This document shows, piece after piece, positions 23,650 to 36,537 of a stretch of DNA of 64,000 bases (the stretch's first letter is position 1; each line of letters begins with the position of its first letter). Source of the stretch: Macrostomum lignano (taxonomy: Eukaryota); contig NIVC01000371.1 of the NCBI GenBank assembly GCA_002269645.1, positions 294,459-358,458 of the forward strand, written 5' to 3'. A program made the translations under genes and the position numbers. Under the pieces are notes generated by a model. The model saw nothing but the letters and a program-made list of their open reading frames with translations, did not search any database and was not told the DNA's origin.

Positions 23650-24340
23650 GACTCTGGGATCAAGCATCTGAGGTCAATCTTGGGGATCTAGAACTCTGGG
23701 ATCAAGTATCTGAGGTCAATCTTGGGGATCTAGAACTCTGGGATAAAGTATCTGAGGTCAATCTTGGGGATCTAGAACTCTGGGATAAAGTATCTGAGGT
23801 CAATCTTGAGGATCTAGAACTCTGGGATAAAGTATCTGAGGTCAATCTTGAGGATCTAGAACTCTGGGATCAAACATCTGAGGTCAATCTTGAGGATCTA
23901 GAACTCTGGGATAAAGTATCTGAGGTCAATCTTGAGGATCTAGAACTCTGGGATCAAGCATCTGAGGTCAATCTTGGGGATCTAGAACCCTGGGATCAAA
24001 CATCTGAGGTCAATCTTTGATATCTAACTAACTCTGGGATCAAGCATCTGAGGTCAATCTTGGGGATCTAGAACTCTGGGATAAAGTATCTGAGGTCAAT
24101 CTTGAGGATCTAGAACTCTGGGATCAACCATCTGAGGCCAATCTTTGGGATCTAGAACTCTGGGATCAAGCACCTGAGGTCAATCTTGGGGATCTAGAAC
24201 TCTGGGATCAAACATCTGAGGTCAATCTTGAGGATCTAGAACTCTGGGATTAAGCATCTGAGGTCAATCTTTGATATCTAACTAACTCTGGGATCAAGCA
24301 TCTGAGGTCAATCTTGGGGATTTAAATATGGGATCAAGCA
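23650..24340. repeat. 42-bp minisatellite (TCTGGGATCAAGCATCTGAGGTCAATCTTGGGGATCTAGAAC)
   Basis: Tandem repetition. Confidence 0.95.
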
Positions 24341-24934
24341 TCTGCGTTAAGCTGCAGCTAATCTCAGACGCATAACATTAGTAACACGTAGTCAAATCAA
24401 CGATCAAACTAAAACTGCAAACGTAAAGCGGGCCTTTTTAAGTGCGTACATTTTTCGCTTGCACTAAAAACTAACAATGCATAGCTACGAATACTTAGCA
24501 AAAGTGCGTTCAATTAGTTTGTGGATCAGCTCGTACATTACTGCGTGCTTCACTCTATCGCATAACACAGTGGAAAATCTCTACTCGAATAGCTGGGTAG
24601 ATTCGGGACAGTTGCAATTTCTTGGACTTTGACCCTGCAAAAATATCTACGCATGATTGTCTGCTATGCAAGCGAAAATTCGATCAAGGGGCTAAGCTTA
24701 GCTACAGTTGGACTAAGGTTGGACTATAGGGTGGAGACAAGGCCAAACGAAGGGCTGCGCGAGTGGATTTTCCGGCTTAGAGTCATAAACTAATTACTTA
24801 GCGCAGGTAATTAAGCGGTGCAGTCTGGCAGAAGTCAATTGATTGGTCTGGTCAGGGTCACGGGAGACATGGAAGCGACAACCCCCCCCCCCTCTAAAAT
24901 GTCTGCACAGAATTCTCGATCATTTCGTCTCGTT

Positions 24935-26760
24935 TTACAGCTGATGGAATTCTTCTCAACTGACACAACTTTCATACGAAAAGAATCATGCGTTTTACAG
25001 CTGATGGAATTCTTCTCAACTGACACAACTTTCATACGAAAAGAATCATGCGTTTAACAGCTGATGGAATTCTTCTCAACTGACACAACTTTCATACGAA
25101 AAGAATCATGCGTTTTACAGCTGATGGAATTCTTCTCAACTGACACAACTTTCATACGAAAAGAATCATGCGTTTTACAGCTGATGAAATTCTTCTCAAC
25201 TGACACAACTTTCATACGAAAAGAATCATGCGTTTAACAGCTGATGGAATTCTTCTCAACTGACACAACTTTCATACGAAAAGAATCATGCGTTTTACAG
25301 CTGATGGAATTCTTCTCAACTGACCCAACTTTCATACGAAAAGAATCATGCGTTTTACAGCTGATCGAATTCTTCTCAACTGACACAACTTTCATACGAA
25401 AAGAATCATGCGTTTTACAGCTGATGAAATTCTTCTCAACTGACACAACTTTCATACGAAAAGAATCATGCGTTTTACAGCTGATGGAATTCTTCTCAAC
25501 TGACACAACTTTCATACGAAAGGAATCATGCGTTTTACAGCTGATGGAATTCTTCTCAACTGACACAACTTTCATACGAAAGGAATCATGCGTTTTACAG
25601 CTGATGGAATTCTTCTCAACTGACACAACTTTCATACGAAAGGAATCATGCATTTTACAGCTGATCGAATTCTTCTCAACTGACACAACTTTCATACGAA
25701 AAGAATCATGCGTTTTACAGCTGATCGAATTCTTCTCAACTGACACAACTTTCATACGAAAAGAATCATGCGTTTTACACTTTACAGCTGATGGAATTCT
25801 TCTCAACTGACACAACTTTCATACGAAAGGAATCATGCGTTTTACAGCTGATCGAATTATTCTCAACTGACACAACTTTCATACGAAAAGAATCATGCGT
25901 TTTACAGCTGATGGAATTCTTCTCAACTGACACAACTTTCATACGAAAAGAATCATGCGTTTTACAGCTGATGAAATTCTTCTCAACTGACACAACTTTC
26001 ATACGAAAAGAATCATGCGTTTTACAGCTGATGAAATTCTTCTCAACTGACACAACTTTCATACGAAAAGAATCATGCGTTTTACAGCTGATGAAATTCT
26101 TCTCAACTGACACAACTTTCATACGAAAAGAATCATGCGTTTTACAGCTGATGGAATTCTTCTCAACTGACACAACTTTCATACGAAAAGAATCATGCGT
26201 TTTACAGCTGATGAAATTCTTCTCAACTGACACAACTTTCATACGAAAAGAATCATGCGTTTTACAGCTGATGGAATTCTTCTCAACTGACACAACTTTC
26301 ATACGAAAAGAATCATGCGTTTTACAGCTGATGAAATTCTTCTCAACTGACACAACTTTCATACGAAAAGAATCATGCGTTTTACAGCTGATGAAATTCT
26401 TCTCAACTGACACAACTTTCATACGAAAAGAATCATGCGTTTTACAGCTGATGAAATTCTTCTCAACTGACACAACTTTCATACGAAAAGAATCATGCGT
26501 TTTACAGCTGATGAAATTCTTCTCAACTGACACAACTTTCATACGAAAAGAATCATGCGTTTTACAGCTGATGAAATTCTTCTCAACTTTCATACGAAAA
26601 GAATCATGCGTTTTACAGCTGATGAAATTCTTCTCAACTTTCATACGAAAAGAATCATGCGTTTTACAGCTGATGAAATTCTTCTCAACTTTCATACGAA
26701 AAGAATCATGCGTTTTACAGCTGATGAAATTCTTCTCAACTTTCATACGAAAAGAATCAT
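24935..26760. repeat. 60-bp satellite (TTTACAGCTGATGGAATTCTTCTCAACTGACACAACTTTCATACGAAAAGAATCATGCGT) with 51-bp terminal variants
   Basis: Highly homogeneous tandem array. It explains the ORFs at 24818-26812. Confidence 0.97.
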
Positions 26761-27324
26761 GACAATTTACAACTTTCTCTTTTTGTTAGAAAAAGAAAAT
26801 CTATTTTTGTAAATGACATTCAGATTCTATCAAATTTGTTCAAATTTCAATATCGATTTCAGGCACTCTGTCGTGTGTAAGAATGAAACCTTAGTCTACA
26901 CGATCCAACTGAAGTTGGTTAATCAGACCCAATGAGCGAACGATGTAAACCAAGAGTGGCAACATCTCCCCCCCTCTCTCTGGTAACAGCAGGCGTCTCC
27001 AACGCACTCGATAAATCAATAGACAAATCATAAATAATATTTCCTCAGCACTAGCGGGGCGCCGAAACTGTGCATAATGATCCATAGTTAATGTATAGAC
27101 ATAACTCTCAGTGAGTTAGTCAGCCTTACCAATTATATAATGAGATATATTCTAATCCAGAAATCAATCCGAATATGCTGCTTAGTCTGACTTCGATTTT
27201 ATACGAGCTAAATTATAAGAAAGCTTTAAGCCAAGTTACACGAGAACTTTTTCTTCTTTGTCCATCATTCACTGCAGGCGTATAGAGCGTAAAAGTTTCA
27301 CTACTGATTTCTGACTTTTCCCAC

Positions 27325-28175
27325 TTTGCAATTCCCCAATCTTACAGAGTGGGCACTGCAATTCCCTAATCTTACAGAGTGGCCGCTGCAATTCCCCAAT
27401 CTTACAGAGTGGGCGCTGCAATTCCCCAATCTTACAGAGTGGGTGCTGCAATTCCCTAATCTTACAGAGTGGGTGCTGCAATTCCCTAATCTTACAGAGT
27501 GGGCGCTGCAATTCCCCAATCTTACACAGTGGGCGCAGAAATTCCCTAATCTTACAGAGTGGGTGCTGCAATTCCCCAATCTTACAGAGTGGGTGCTGCA
27601 ATTCCCTAATCTTACAGAGTGGGTGCTGCAATTCCCTAATCTTACAGAGTGGGCGCTGCAATTCCCCAATCTTACAGAGTGGGTGCTGCAATTCCCCAAT
27701 TTTACAGAGTGGGTGCTGCAATTCCCTAATCTTACAGAGTGGGTGCTGCAATTCCCTAATCTTACAGAGTGGGTGCTGCGATTCCCCAATCTTACAGAGT
27801 GGGCGCTGCAATTCCCTAATCTTACACAGTGGGCGCTGCAATTCCCTAATCTTACACAGTGGGCGCTGCAATTCCCCAATCTTACACAGTGGGCGCTGCA
27901 ATTCCATAATCTTACAGAGTGGGTGCTGCGATTCCCCAATCTTACAGAGTGGGCGCTGCAATTCCCTAATCTTACACAGTGGGCGCTGCAATTCCCTAAT
28001 CTTACACAGTGGGCGCTGCAATTCCCCAATCTTACAGAGTGGGCGCTGCAATTCCATAATCTTACACAGTGGGCGCTGCAATTCTCCAATCTTACAGAGT
28101 GGGCGCTGCAATTCCCCAATCTTACAGAGTGGGCGCTGCAATTCCCTTATCTTACACAGTGGGCGCTGCAATTCC
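27325..28175. repeat. 30-bp minisatellite (ATTCCCCAATCTTACAGAGTGGGCGCTGCA)
   Basis: Tandem repetition. Confidence 0.97.
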
Positions 28176-28969
28176 ACACTCCCGCAGAGCACTAAGTACA
28201 ACAATTCCGCAGCAAAAAGTGCACTGTTGTGGCTTGGGATTAGCGAGTCCTTCACGCCAGCCAGGAGAAAATGATGAGGGGACAAAGACAGTCAGTCTAG
28301 CAGGGGGCTGGGGGCTCAGGCAGAGGAGGACACGCAGGCTACGCCCGTCCTCCCCCTCCCCCCCCCCGGAGCAAGGCCTCAATCCAGCGAGCGAGTCGGA
28401 GTCGCAAGCAAGCTTTAGGCAAACTATATATTTACATCTAACTAGTAGGCCTGTATGGAATCCAATCGAACACAAGTCTTACAGCCTGTCGGTCTCCTCT
28501 CCCCCCTTACACGCAGGCTACCCGATCAAAACGGATTAGAGCCTAGTGCTTGTGCTCTCCGACGCCACTCTTAGCTGATTCGCTAAACCTTTCTATACTT
28601 ACTAGACAAAAATCAGCCAGCTCATACTTAGTAGCTAATAATTATTGAAAAAGTACAAAACCAGTAACAGAGGCTCGAATACACAGCTGACTCGTATGCT
28701 GTAGCTAGAGAATTATGGCTTTTTGGGTAAAAGAATTTGACAAAAAGTTTAGTTTAAAGTGTGCACGGTTGTTATTGAGTTACAGCGATGGAGAGAGATG
28801 TAGAGGACGATGCGTGCGGATAGCAGATCGAATTCAATTACACCACCATCCCACGACCGAGGCAGCCGAGAGACGGGCAGTGAGTGAGCGAAGCGAGTGG
28901 AAAGCTGCGAGCACAAATTAAAAAACGCAAGACTTTGACACCATGCAAAGTTGAAGCTACTCTGACGGG

Positions 28970-28970
<1 letters not shown>

Positions 28971-29019
<49 letters not shown>

Positions 29020-29022
29020 GGC

Positions 29023-29059
<37 letters not shown>

Positions 29060-29060
29060 G
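28971..29060. repeat. (GACA)n microsatellite
   Basis: Direct observation. Confidence 0.97.
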
Positions 29061-32000
29061 CCATCCGAGCTTTATTCATCATAATAATATTCGTCGCTGA
29101 CTGTAAGTGAAAGCTGATTAGGAAAATTGAAATGGGATACAGACAGGGATTCCCAGTCGGCTGGGGCTGACTAATGTATCAGTCGAGCAGAAAGACTGCT
29201 CAAGGTTTGGAGGCTGGATACAAGAAAGTCCCCAACCCAAACCAACAAGATATTGGACTTGCCTCAGCCCTAGAATCCTATAATTATAGATATTATGGAT
29301 ATCTTGATACAGTGAAAGCAAGAGCGGTCTTTCATAGGCCTTTAGCTGAGTATGCGCGCAGCAAAGGAGTGAGAATTAGTAAATGTTATTATTATTATTG
29401 TATACATATACTATGTTTATAGCGCTACCAATTATCTGGAGGGATCTGCTATGATGAAATCCCTATCCAATTCGACCATGCCTCAGTAGTCTGATTAGAT
29501 GGGGAAAATTTTCCCCTTCGTTTCATTACGCATACAGCTACAGCGTCTATTACTCGTTAGGACGAAGTTTCCTACACTGCCGTTTATGCAACAGTAGCAA
29601 CTTGCAGTCATTTCCGTTCCGACCTACAGGCCTATTGTTTTGGTAATTTTCTTTGCAGATTATGGATTAAACCTTCCACATAGAACGTAACGGTATACAG
29701 TAGCTACCTCGTGTTTGCAGGAAGGAGCCAGTCCTGCTATATATCCGCGCGTTACAAAAGCCTTCCAAACCCACTGACACAAGAGGTTACAGACAGGCGC
29801 ATCAAGAAAGCGAATTTACCACTGGTAGGCTGACAACTTGTTTGTCTATACTATAGTCTGCTGCCTTGAACTGGCTCCAAATCTTGGCCATAGAATCAAA
29901 AATCAAGTATGACAGGTTGCCAGCTAAGAATGTCTATGGCCAAAAAACCATTGATCCAGCGGGAATGTCTATGGTAAATGCTCACTTGACGCTGTGCTAA
30001 CTGCAACACGCCCTTGGTCTCGCCCATAGACATAGGAGGGCAGAGACGAGCCACAACGCCTCGAAGCGTTACCAAGTAAAGAGGTCTACCACCGAATAAA
30101 GTTGTTTGAGCTGGGAAGTATCGCTTTAACAAAAAGTTGTTTTTTTTAAAAGTGCACGCGTCTAAAAGTACAGAGAAGGTCCATCTTACTTTATTTACAA
30201 TAACTATCACCAGATATACTTTTTCTAGACGTGTTGAAACACAACTGAATTATAGAGTATCATCTCTCTCCCAGCCGCTGCCAAATGCATATATACCATA
30301 CCCCAAGCTATACTTATAGCGTAGTGATTTCCAATCCAATGATGGCACTCAAAAAAAACTGAAGCACAGACGCGTGCAAAGGCACGAAGTCAGCTATGCC
30401 ATTGCAAGCAGTCGTATGTTGGAAAGAAAGAGGAGGGGAGAAAATCCCAGAACGGTTAGCAACTGAAGGATGAAGGGAAAAGCTCAAATCGCTGCCAAGC
30501 ACCGTGCAGCCCTGTAGTCAGGCAGGCAGCCAAGCTCTCGCCTTCTATAATAGCCATCCTTCTAACCTTGATTTTCTTCAGCCACCGCCTCAGCTCCCCT
30601 CCACTCTACCGAGGCTTAATTTGCTATAGGCTTGGCTAGGGCAAGCCAGGCCAGCGGGGGAGGAGAGGAGGAGGACAGCAAAAGAGGGTAAGCCGATGGG
30701 AAAGCCGGATTGAAGCAAGAAGACACGGGGCGGATAGGAAAAGAGAAGAGGCTCTAGGCGAGTTGCAATTTTTTTTTTCAAATCCTCGCCGCTCAGCCCT
30801 CTTCCCAAAAGAGGAGAGAGAGCTGAAGCAGAGGCGGCCTACTAGGGGAAGAAGGCACTACAATATCTAGACTGCGGCAATAGATTCGGCCTACAGTCGA
30901 GTAAAGAAGCGGGGCGGGACAGAAGAGGGAGACGACCAGAGCAGGGGTCAATTAGACGGAGGAGAAGGGCGAGAGCGGGCAGGGAGGGAGTGAGGCAGGC
31001 TGTCAGAGTCTCGCTGCCTACTTCGCTGCACAGCTCACGCGACCGGCACACACAGACGGAGACGCCGACAAACGAAGCGTGTCGACAGGCATTCCCGCGC
31101 GTTCGCCACGTCCACCCCCTGATAGAACGTGAAACTGCTCACAGTGCTCGTTTGTCAGCTGACCTCATCCCCGAGGCGAGCTGCTGCTTCATTATTTGTC
31201 ACACTAAACACGAAATCCTATGAAAATAGCACACATTGCATACTGATATACCTTCAACTGTTCAAAAAAGCAAAATAGATGTCAGTACGAGTTAATATTA
31301 TATATAGTAAAAACAGTTTACATAAATTGTGCGATTCTTTAAACACAAAGGTGGGACATCTAAATTGGGACTCTGGTGCACATTCAAAGCAGTTGGCTAC
31401 AAGGATGGCTACTACAGAGAATACTATGTACTTTCATGTTAATATTAAGTAGGTAGACAAGACACTGGTTATTTAGTATAGTTTGCATATTAATGAGAGC
31501 ATTATCTAATCAATACCTTGGGTCTCCATATTTACAGTATCTGAGATTGACTCAGACACAGATCTAACAGTGGTTTTCAGTGACGACCATACTTGGTCAA
31601 CAGACTGGCTGTGTGATCCACTAAAATTGTATAGAGAAATCCATTGTTTAAAACATAAGTGCAGTTTTGAACATAAAAATACCCAATAATAGAGAAAAAG
31701 AATCTAAAATGTTAACAACAAAGCAATTTAAAAAGAGTACCAGCACATTAAAACTACACTAATAACTAATGATGCATAAAACAAACTTGTCAAAATTGAA
31801 ATTCCTAATTTGACCAAAATAATCATATAAACAATAAAATATATCTTGAACATTTAGCAAACTAGAAGTTAAATTTTTATTTGTATTTCTGCCCTAAAAC
31901 TATGCTCTTTATAGCATGAAGTTATTACAATGTATAAAACTTTCAATAAACAATAAAAAACAAAATTGCATAGCCACTATTAAGATAAATAAAACATATT

Positions 32001-34324
32001 AAAAACTTTTTAACAAACTAAAAATATTCAATGTATAACTATATGCTATTTCATATTTTTTCCAAAGTAAAATATATCCTATATATTGAGTTAAGAATGA
32101 TATAAAGATTTAAATATGACTTGTTATTTTCTAACCATTAGTAAAACCTATTAAAAGAGATAGCCAAAGGACCAAAGGCTTGGTAGCTATGATAGGTAAA
32201 ATTAGAGCCATTTAGGTTAGACCAACAGGGGTATTAAAGCTTGGCTCCTTTATCCAAAATTCTTAATATTGAATATATCTTTGAATTGATTTTAATATAA
32301 GGCTTCTATACATTTTTAAGAAAAGCATACTGTGAGTTTTTCTAACAATTTTTTTATGTAATCTGTATATACATACAATTGGCTTTTAAAATGTTAATAT
32401 AAACTTAAATTAATATTAGTATCAAAGACCTTGCCAACTAATAATGCCAATATATCTTGCTTAGCAAAAAGTCTTAAAGAAGGTATTGATAATACATTAG
32501 GTATTGATGATCACTTGAAGGCGTTTTGATATTAAAATTTTGACTTATATAGTTCTGCTTAAAATATGATTAATAATCATGGCATGTGATAGAAGGCAAG
32601 CCATTTTAAAGAGAGCATATGGTCATTATAGACTATTTTTCTTACAGATTCTTCAACTGCCGTGAAGTTTCTCCAATGTAATTTTTTGAAAAAGAGTCCT
32701 TCAAACCAATTTGCTCCAAAATATCAATAGAGAAATCCAAATCTTGATCCTGTGAGTTATCCATTTATTTCATTCATGCAGAAATATTGTCAAAACCAAC
32801 AAATGTAGCAGAGTGCCATATAATATAAAAATTCGAGTAAATTAGTTTCGACGATTTGGTAGACGTAAAAATGAGGACCAAAAGCGATACTAATTAAATG
32901 TATGCCAAAACAGCTCTAGTTTCACAGTTTCCATCAATATTAAGCAGACTGTGCGTTTAGAAAGGAAAGGAGTTAACGGACATTAAAGGGCTATAACTTA
33001 TTGGAGCTGGTGTCAATTTAAATATTTCGACGGCTCAACTTTCAGTTATTTTCTCCATAAAATATATAACCAAAATTTAAAACTGACTTTGCTGAAATAT
33101 TTATACAACACTAAGAAGGTTAGGTTACTAAGGTATAATCAAAAGTCTAAGGTTACTTACGAAAAAATTGTTTTACCCAGTGTAAACGATGACTAAAATT
33201 ATTTTTGTTTGCAGCTACTGAATAACAGCTGCATCTTAATTAAATACAGAACACGAGACAAGTTTCATTGAAGTGTCAGGTCGCCAGCAAGGACCACTGG
33301 ACTAAGCTATTGTTACGTTTTCTTTGGAGACCAGTACGAGATACGATCAGAAATTATATAATTACGAATCATAGATATATTTAATTACTATGCTTAATGA
33401 CCTGCTCGTTACTTTATTTTCCTATTTGACTCAAGACTACAAAATCGAGTGTTTTCAAGCAACAGTTGCTACAATTCGTCACAAAGTGTGACAGTTGTAA
33501 TCAGCTAGCAGTCAGCAGAGATATTTAACTGCCTCACCATCTGAGTGGACTAAGTGGAATTAGTCCATTTAGTTGGACTAGCTGTACATTTTCAGTTGTA
33601 ACCAGAGGGCCTCGAAACTCTTTACCGAAAGAAGAGGATTTTTCGATTCTAGCAACAGTATAATCTCATACAAATATGCACTATTCAGTAATTTTTTATA
33701 GCAAAATATTCTTCGTTAAGATATCTATTTTTGTGTACCGTGCGTTTGTGTACGAAAAATTCTCATGGCAGAAAACTTAACGAAAAATTTCTATAGAAGA
33801 AATTGAACTTAAAAAATGTATCGTAGTTTCAATTAGTGTGCACTAAACATTTAGTTGCATGTGGTTCCGTCAAGGACCACTATAACTGTTATATACAGGG
33901 GTCCTTGGGTTTCGCTTGACCATTCAATATCGACATGTATACATCCAAAGGTACATACTGGTAGTAGTGTAGGTCGCTAAGTTATGAATTATTGTTTTTT
34001 AAACTCTTACAAAAAATCGGGAAAAATTTGCGTACATGTAATATATTCTAGTCTCTTTTTCAAATCTGATACCAATTGCATGTCTAGAAGAGCATAAAAA
34101 TTGAATATTGCTAATTATAATATGCATGTATAAATATAGCTCGTATCACGATGAATAAAATAGGGAAAATCACCATGTATTAATTGTTTATAGACTTTTT
34201 AAAACAAATCGGTATCCCAATAATCACAGCCTAATCCGCACTCTGTGCTAATAACTCCCGAATCAGTTATTGATTCAGTTAGTACGAGCTAGAATACATT
34301 TTATGTTCGATATTAACTATTGCG

Positions 34325-36148
34325 TCATAGGTGTCTCTTTTCCGTTACAATCGATCGGCTGCCCCGGTTTAGCGGCCTGCAGAGCGAGATGACCAGAGAC
34401 GCCTTGCGGCCGGTCAGCCTCTCCCAAGCTCTGTACAGCCAGAAGAACGAGCATTCGCTAAACTCGGCGAAGCACAGCTTCATCAGGTAGCGACACTCTA
34501 CATCGTGCTCCATAGTGCTGCCAACTACGGATGACAGTACACCGATGACGAAGTTGATGAACATTACCGGCATCAGCAGGATGAAGGCCACGTGAGTCAG
34601 CAGCAGGTCCGCCCTGTCCGCGTTTGGCTGGAAATTGTTTGTGTCGAATACATTCAACGTGACCAGGAAGCTGCTGTAGAAGGCGTAGAAAAAGTTGCTG
34701 GAATTTCCTGATTTGGTCGCGTTGCCAGCCACGACCGCCCCGTCCGCTCTCGATGAAATGTCAAACAGGCGCGAGAAGATCAGGAGCATCAACAGGTACA
34801 CGATGAGAAAGTTGGCAAACATGGCCAAACTGCGATAAAAGCTGGTGAAGAATTTCGATACTATGGGCATCAGGCGACTTGGCGGGAGAATTGACAGCAG
34901 CAGATTGATAGTGAGTATCAGCAGCAGGCAACCAACCACTGGCCGGTAGGTCTCAGACCCCTGGGTTAAACTGCACATCACCTGCGGCGCCGTGAGCAGA
35001 CCAATTAACAGTATTAGAGTGGGAATTAGCAGCAAAGTGGGCATCAGCCAAGCCAGCCCGTCCCAATCCATTTGTCTTGGCCCGGCTGGATAGCCCATCG
35101 AGCGGCGGTATCTCTCCTTGCGGCACTTGCCCATAATGACCATGGTCAGTGTGAACAGCTGGCACGCGAGGCAGGAGCACAGGACATACACAATGCCAGG
35201 CAGGCTTGCTTTGGGATCGCTGCACGCGCTGATAACGTATTGGCGAAAATTTGAATTCAGAGTAGCCACCGTTAGAATCAGATTGAGCACTTTCTCCCCG
35301 ATGAGTACGACCAGGGTGAACCTGTGCCGTTTGTAGAATGCGTCAATCCAAGGTCCAACTATCAGCGGCTTGCGGAACACCTTGGCCTTCTTAAGCTCTT
35401 CCACCTTAGACTCCCCGAAATAGTCGGCCATGATTGGCATGGCCGTGAGCATTCGGTCGGGTTCGGACGATACGGTGAAGGAGAAGTCCAGCTGCACGTG
35501 CTCCATCAGGCCGGAAACCTCGCAGCTCAGCACGCCCAGGTGCGAGCGGTACATGAGGATGTCCACCCAGCCAACGTAGCCGCAGTAGATGCCCCAGTCG
35601 AGAGGCGTCATTTGGAAACAGTTTCGCTGGGCGGCCATCTTTGCCACCTGCTCTCTGGTGAAAAAGTCCCGCATAAAGAACCGCAGATAGTCGGTAGCTT
35701 GAGTCATATTGCGCTTGCCCGGGTTCAACCGGTCAGTCTTCAGCATGGTCAGGCCGGAGAACAGCACGTGATAGGCGTTGAAGCCGTACTCGACAATGCC
35801 AGAGAGATCCAGACTGTATGCAGTCTGCTGCATCAGCAGGCAGCACCGTTTAGCATTGAACATGACGGCCATCAAGAACGGGTTTGTCGCGAAGGGATGC
35901 CTGGCCAAGTATTTGTTGACTCGCAATTCGCTCTCGTACGTCCTGAACCGCATCGGGCAGTGCCGCTTCCGACGACCGGCATCGTAGCTGCGCAGGAAAC
36001 TTGGCCAGCTGACGCGGCTTGAGAACGACTTCATGTGGTTGACTTCATCGTTAACAATGCACTTCACTAATAGAGGCCATTGATCTTCGCTAATATAATC
36101 CCAGATGTCCTCAAGAGTGTTGGCGTCGTCGCTGCGAGTTGCTGTCAT
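34325..36148 (-). CDS. Divergent TRP-family (TRPV-like) cation channel subunit, single exon, 607 aa
   Basis: Uninterrupted GC-rich ORF in AT-rich surroundings. Degenerate ankyrin-type motifs (NPFLMAV, FNAYHVL, QRNCFQMTPLDWG; cf. TRPV N.xGLTPL). About six hydrophobic segments, with an S5 (LAMFANFLIVYLLMLLIFSRLF), a pore-helix-like FFYAFYSSFLVTLN and an S6 FILLMPVMFINFVIGVLSSVV resembling TRPV LLLNMLIALMGETV. Confidence 0.78.
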   Translation of the reverse strand: MTATRSDDANTLEDIWDYISEDQWPLLVKCIVNDEVNHMKSFSSRVSWPSFLRSYDAGRRKRHCPMRFRTYESELRVNKYLARHPFATNPFLMAVMFNAKRCCLLMQQTAYSLDLSGIVEYGFNAYHVLFSGLTMLKTDRLNPGKRNMTQATDYLRFFMRDFFTREQVAKMAAQRNCFQMTPLDWGIYCGYVGWVDILMYRSHLGVLSCEVSGLMEHVQLDFSFTVSSEPDRMLTAMPIMADYFGESKVEELKKAKVFRKPLIVGPWIDAFYKRHRFTLVVLIGEKVLNLILTVATLNSNFRQYVISACSDPKASLPGIVYVLCSCLACQLFTLTMVIMGKCRKERYRRSMGYPAGPRQMDWDGLAWLMPTLLLIPTLILLIGLLTAPQVMCSLTQGSETYRPVVGCLLLILTINLLLSILPPSRLMPIVSKFFTSFYRSLAMFANFLIVYLLMLLIFSRLFDISSRADGAVVAGNATKSGNSSNFFYAFYSSFLVTLNVFDTNNFQPNADRADLLLTHVAFILLMPVMFINFVIGVLSSVVGSTMEHDVECRYLMKLCFAEFSECSFFWLYRAWERLTGRKASLVISLCRPLNRGSRSIVTEKRHL

Positions 36149-36537
36149 TTTTTAATTGACAATGAATGAAAAATCGAAGACTGGTGTGGTTTAACCATAG
36201 TTTTAATAGTTATTCTCCATTTTCACCTCCGCAGCAGCGATTGACTTTGGCGGAGAGCCAATTCGATTCCAACAAGCTGTGGGCCAATCGGGTGAGTTTG
36301 GGGACTTGGAAGCAGTTCGTACCGGTACCGGATAGGGGATATGCGTTGGGCTCAGCAAAACCATACCTTTTAGGGTTATGCAATAAAAGTTGGGATCCAG
36401 AAAGGTATTTTATCAAAATGAAATCGGCAGTTTCATTTCGTCATTTCGTGCCAAACGGGTCTGGGTCGTTTCTGTGACACGTCGTTTCTGTTACACGTCG
36501 TTTCTGTGACATGTCGTTTCTGTGACACGTCGTTGCA

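Noticed and set aside
24818-28285. ORFs of 188-338 aa in the 60-bp and 30-bp arrays
   Set aside because: Repeat-derived; unit lengths divisible by 3 keep the frames open on both strands.
30480-31100. Possible first exon of the OXR1-like gene (RRWLKK resembles the OXR1 N-terminal WLKK)
   Set aside because: There is an in-frame stop upstream, no ATG before the motif and no convincing splice path. It may be UTR or promoter sequence, but this cannot be supported.
32640-33290. Exon-like segments with AG/GT ends on plus
   Set aside because: The 32648-32750 segment has stops in all three frames and neither segment has recognisable homology.
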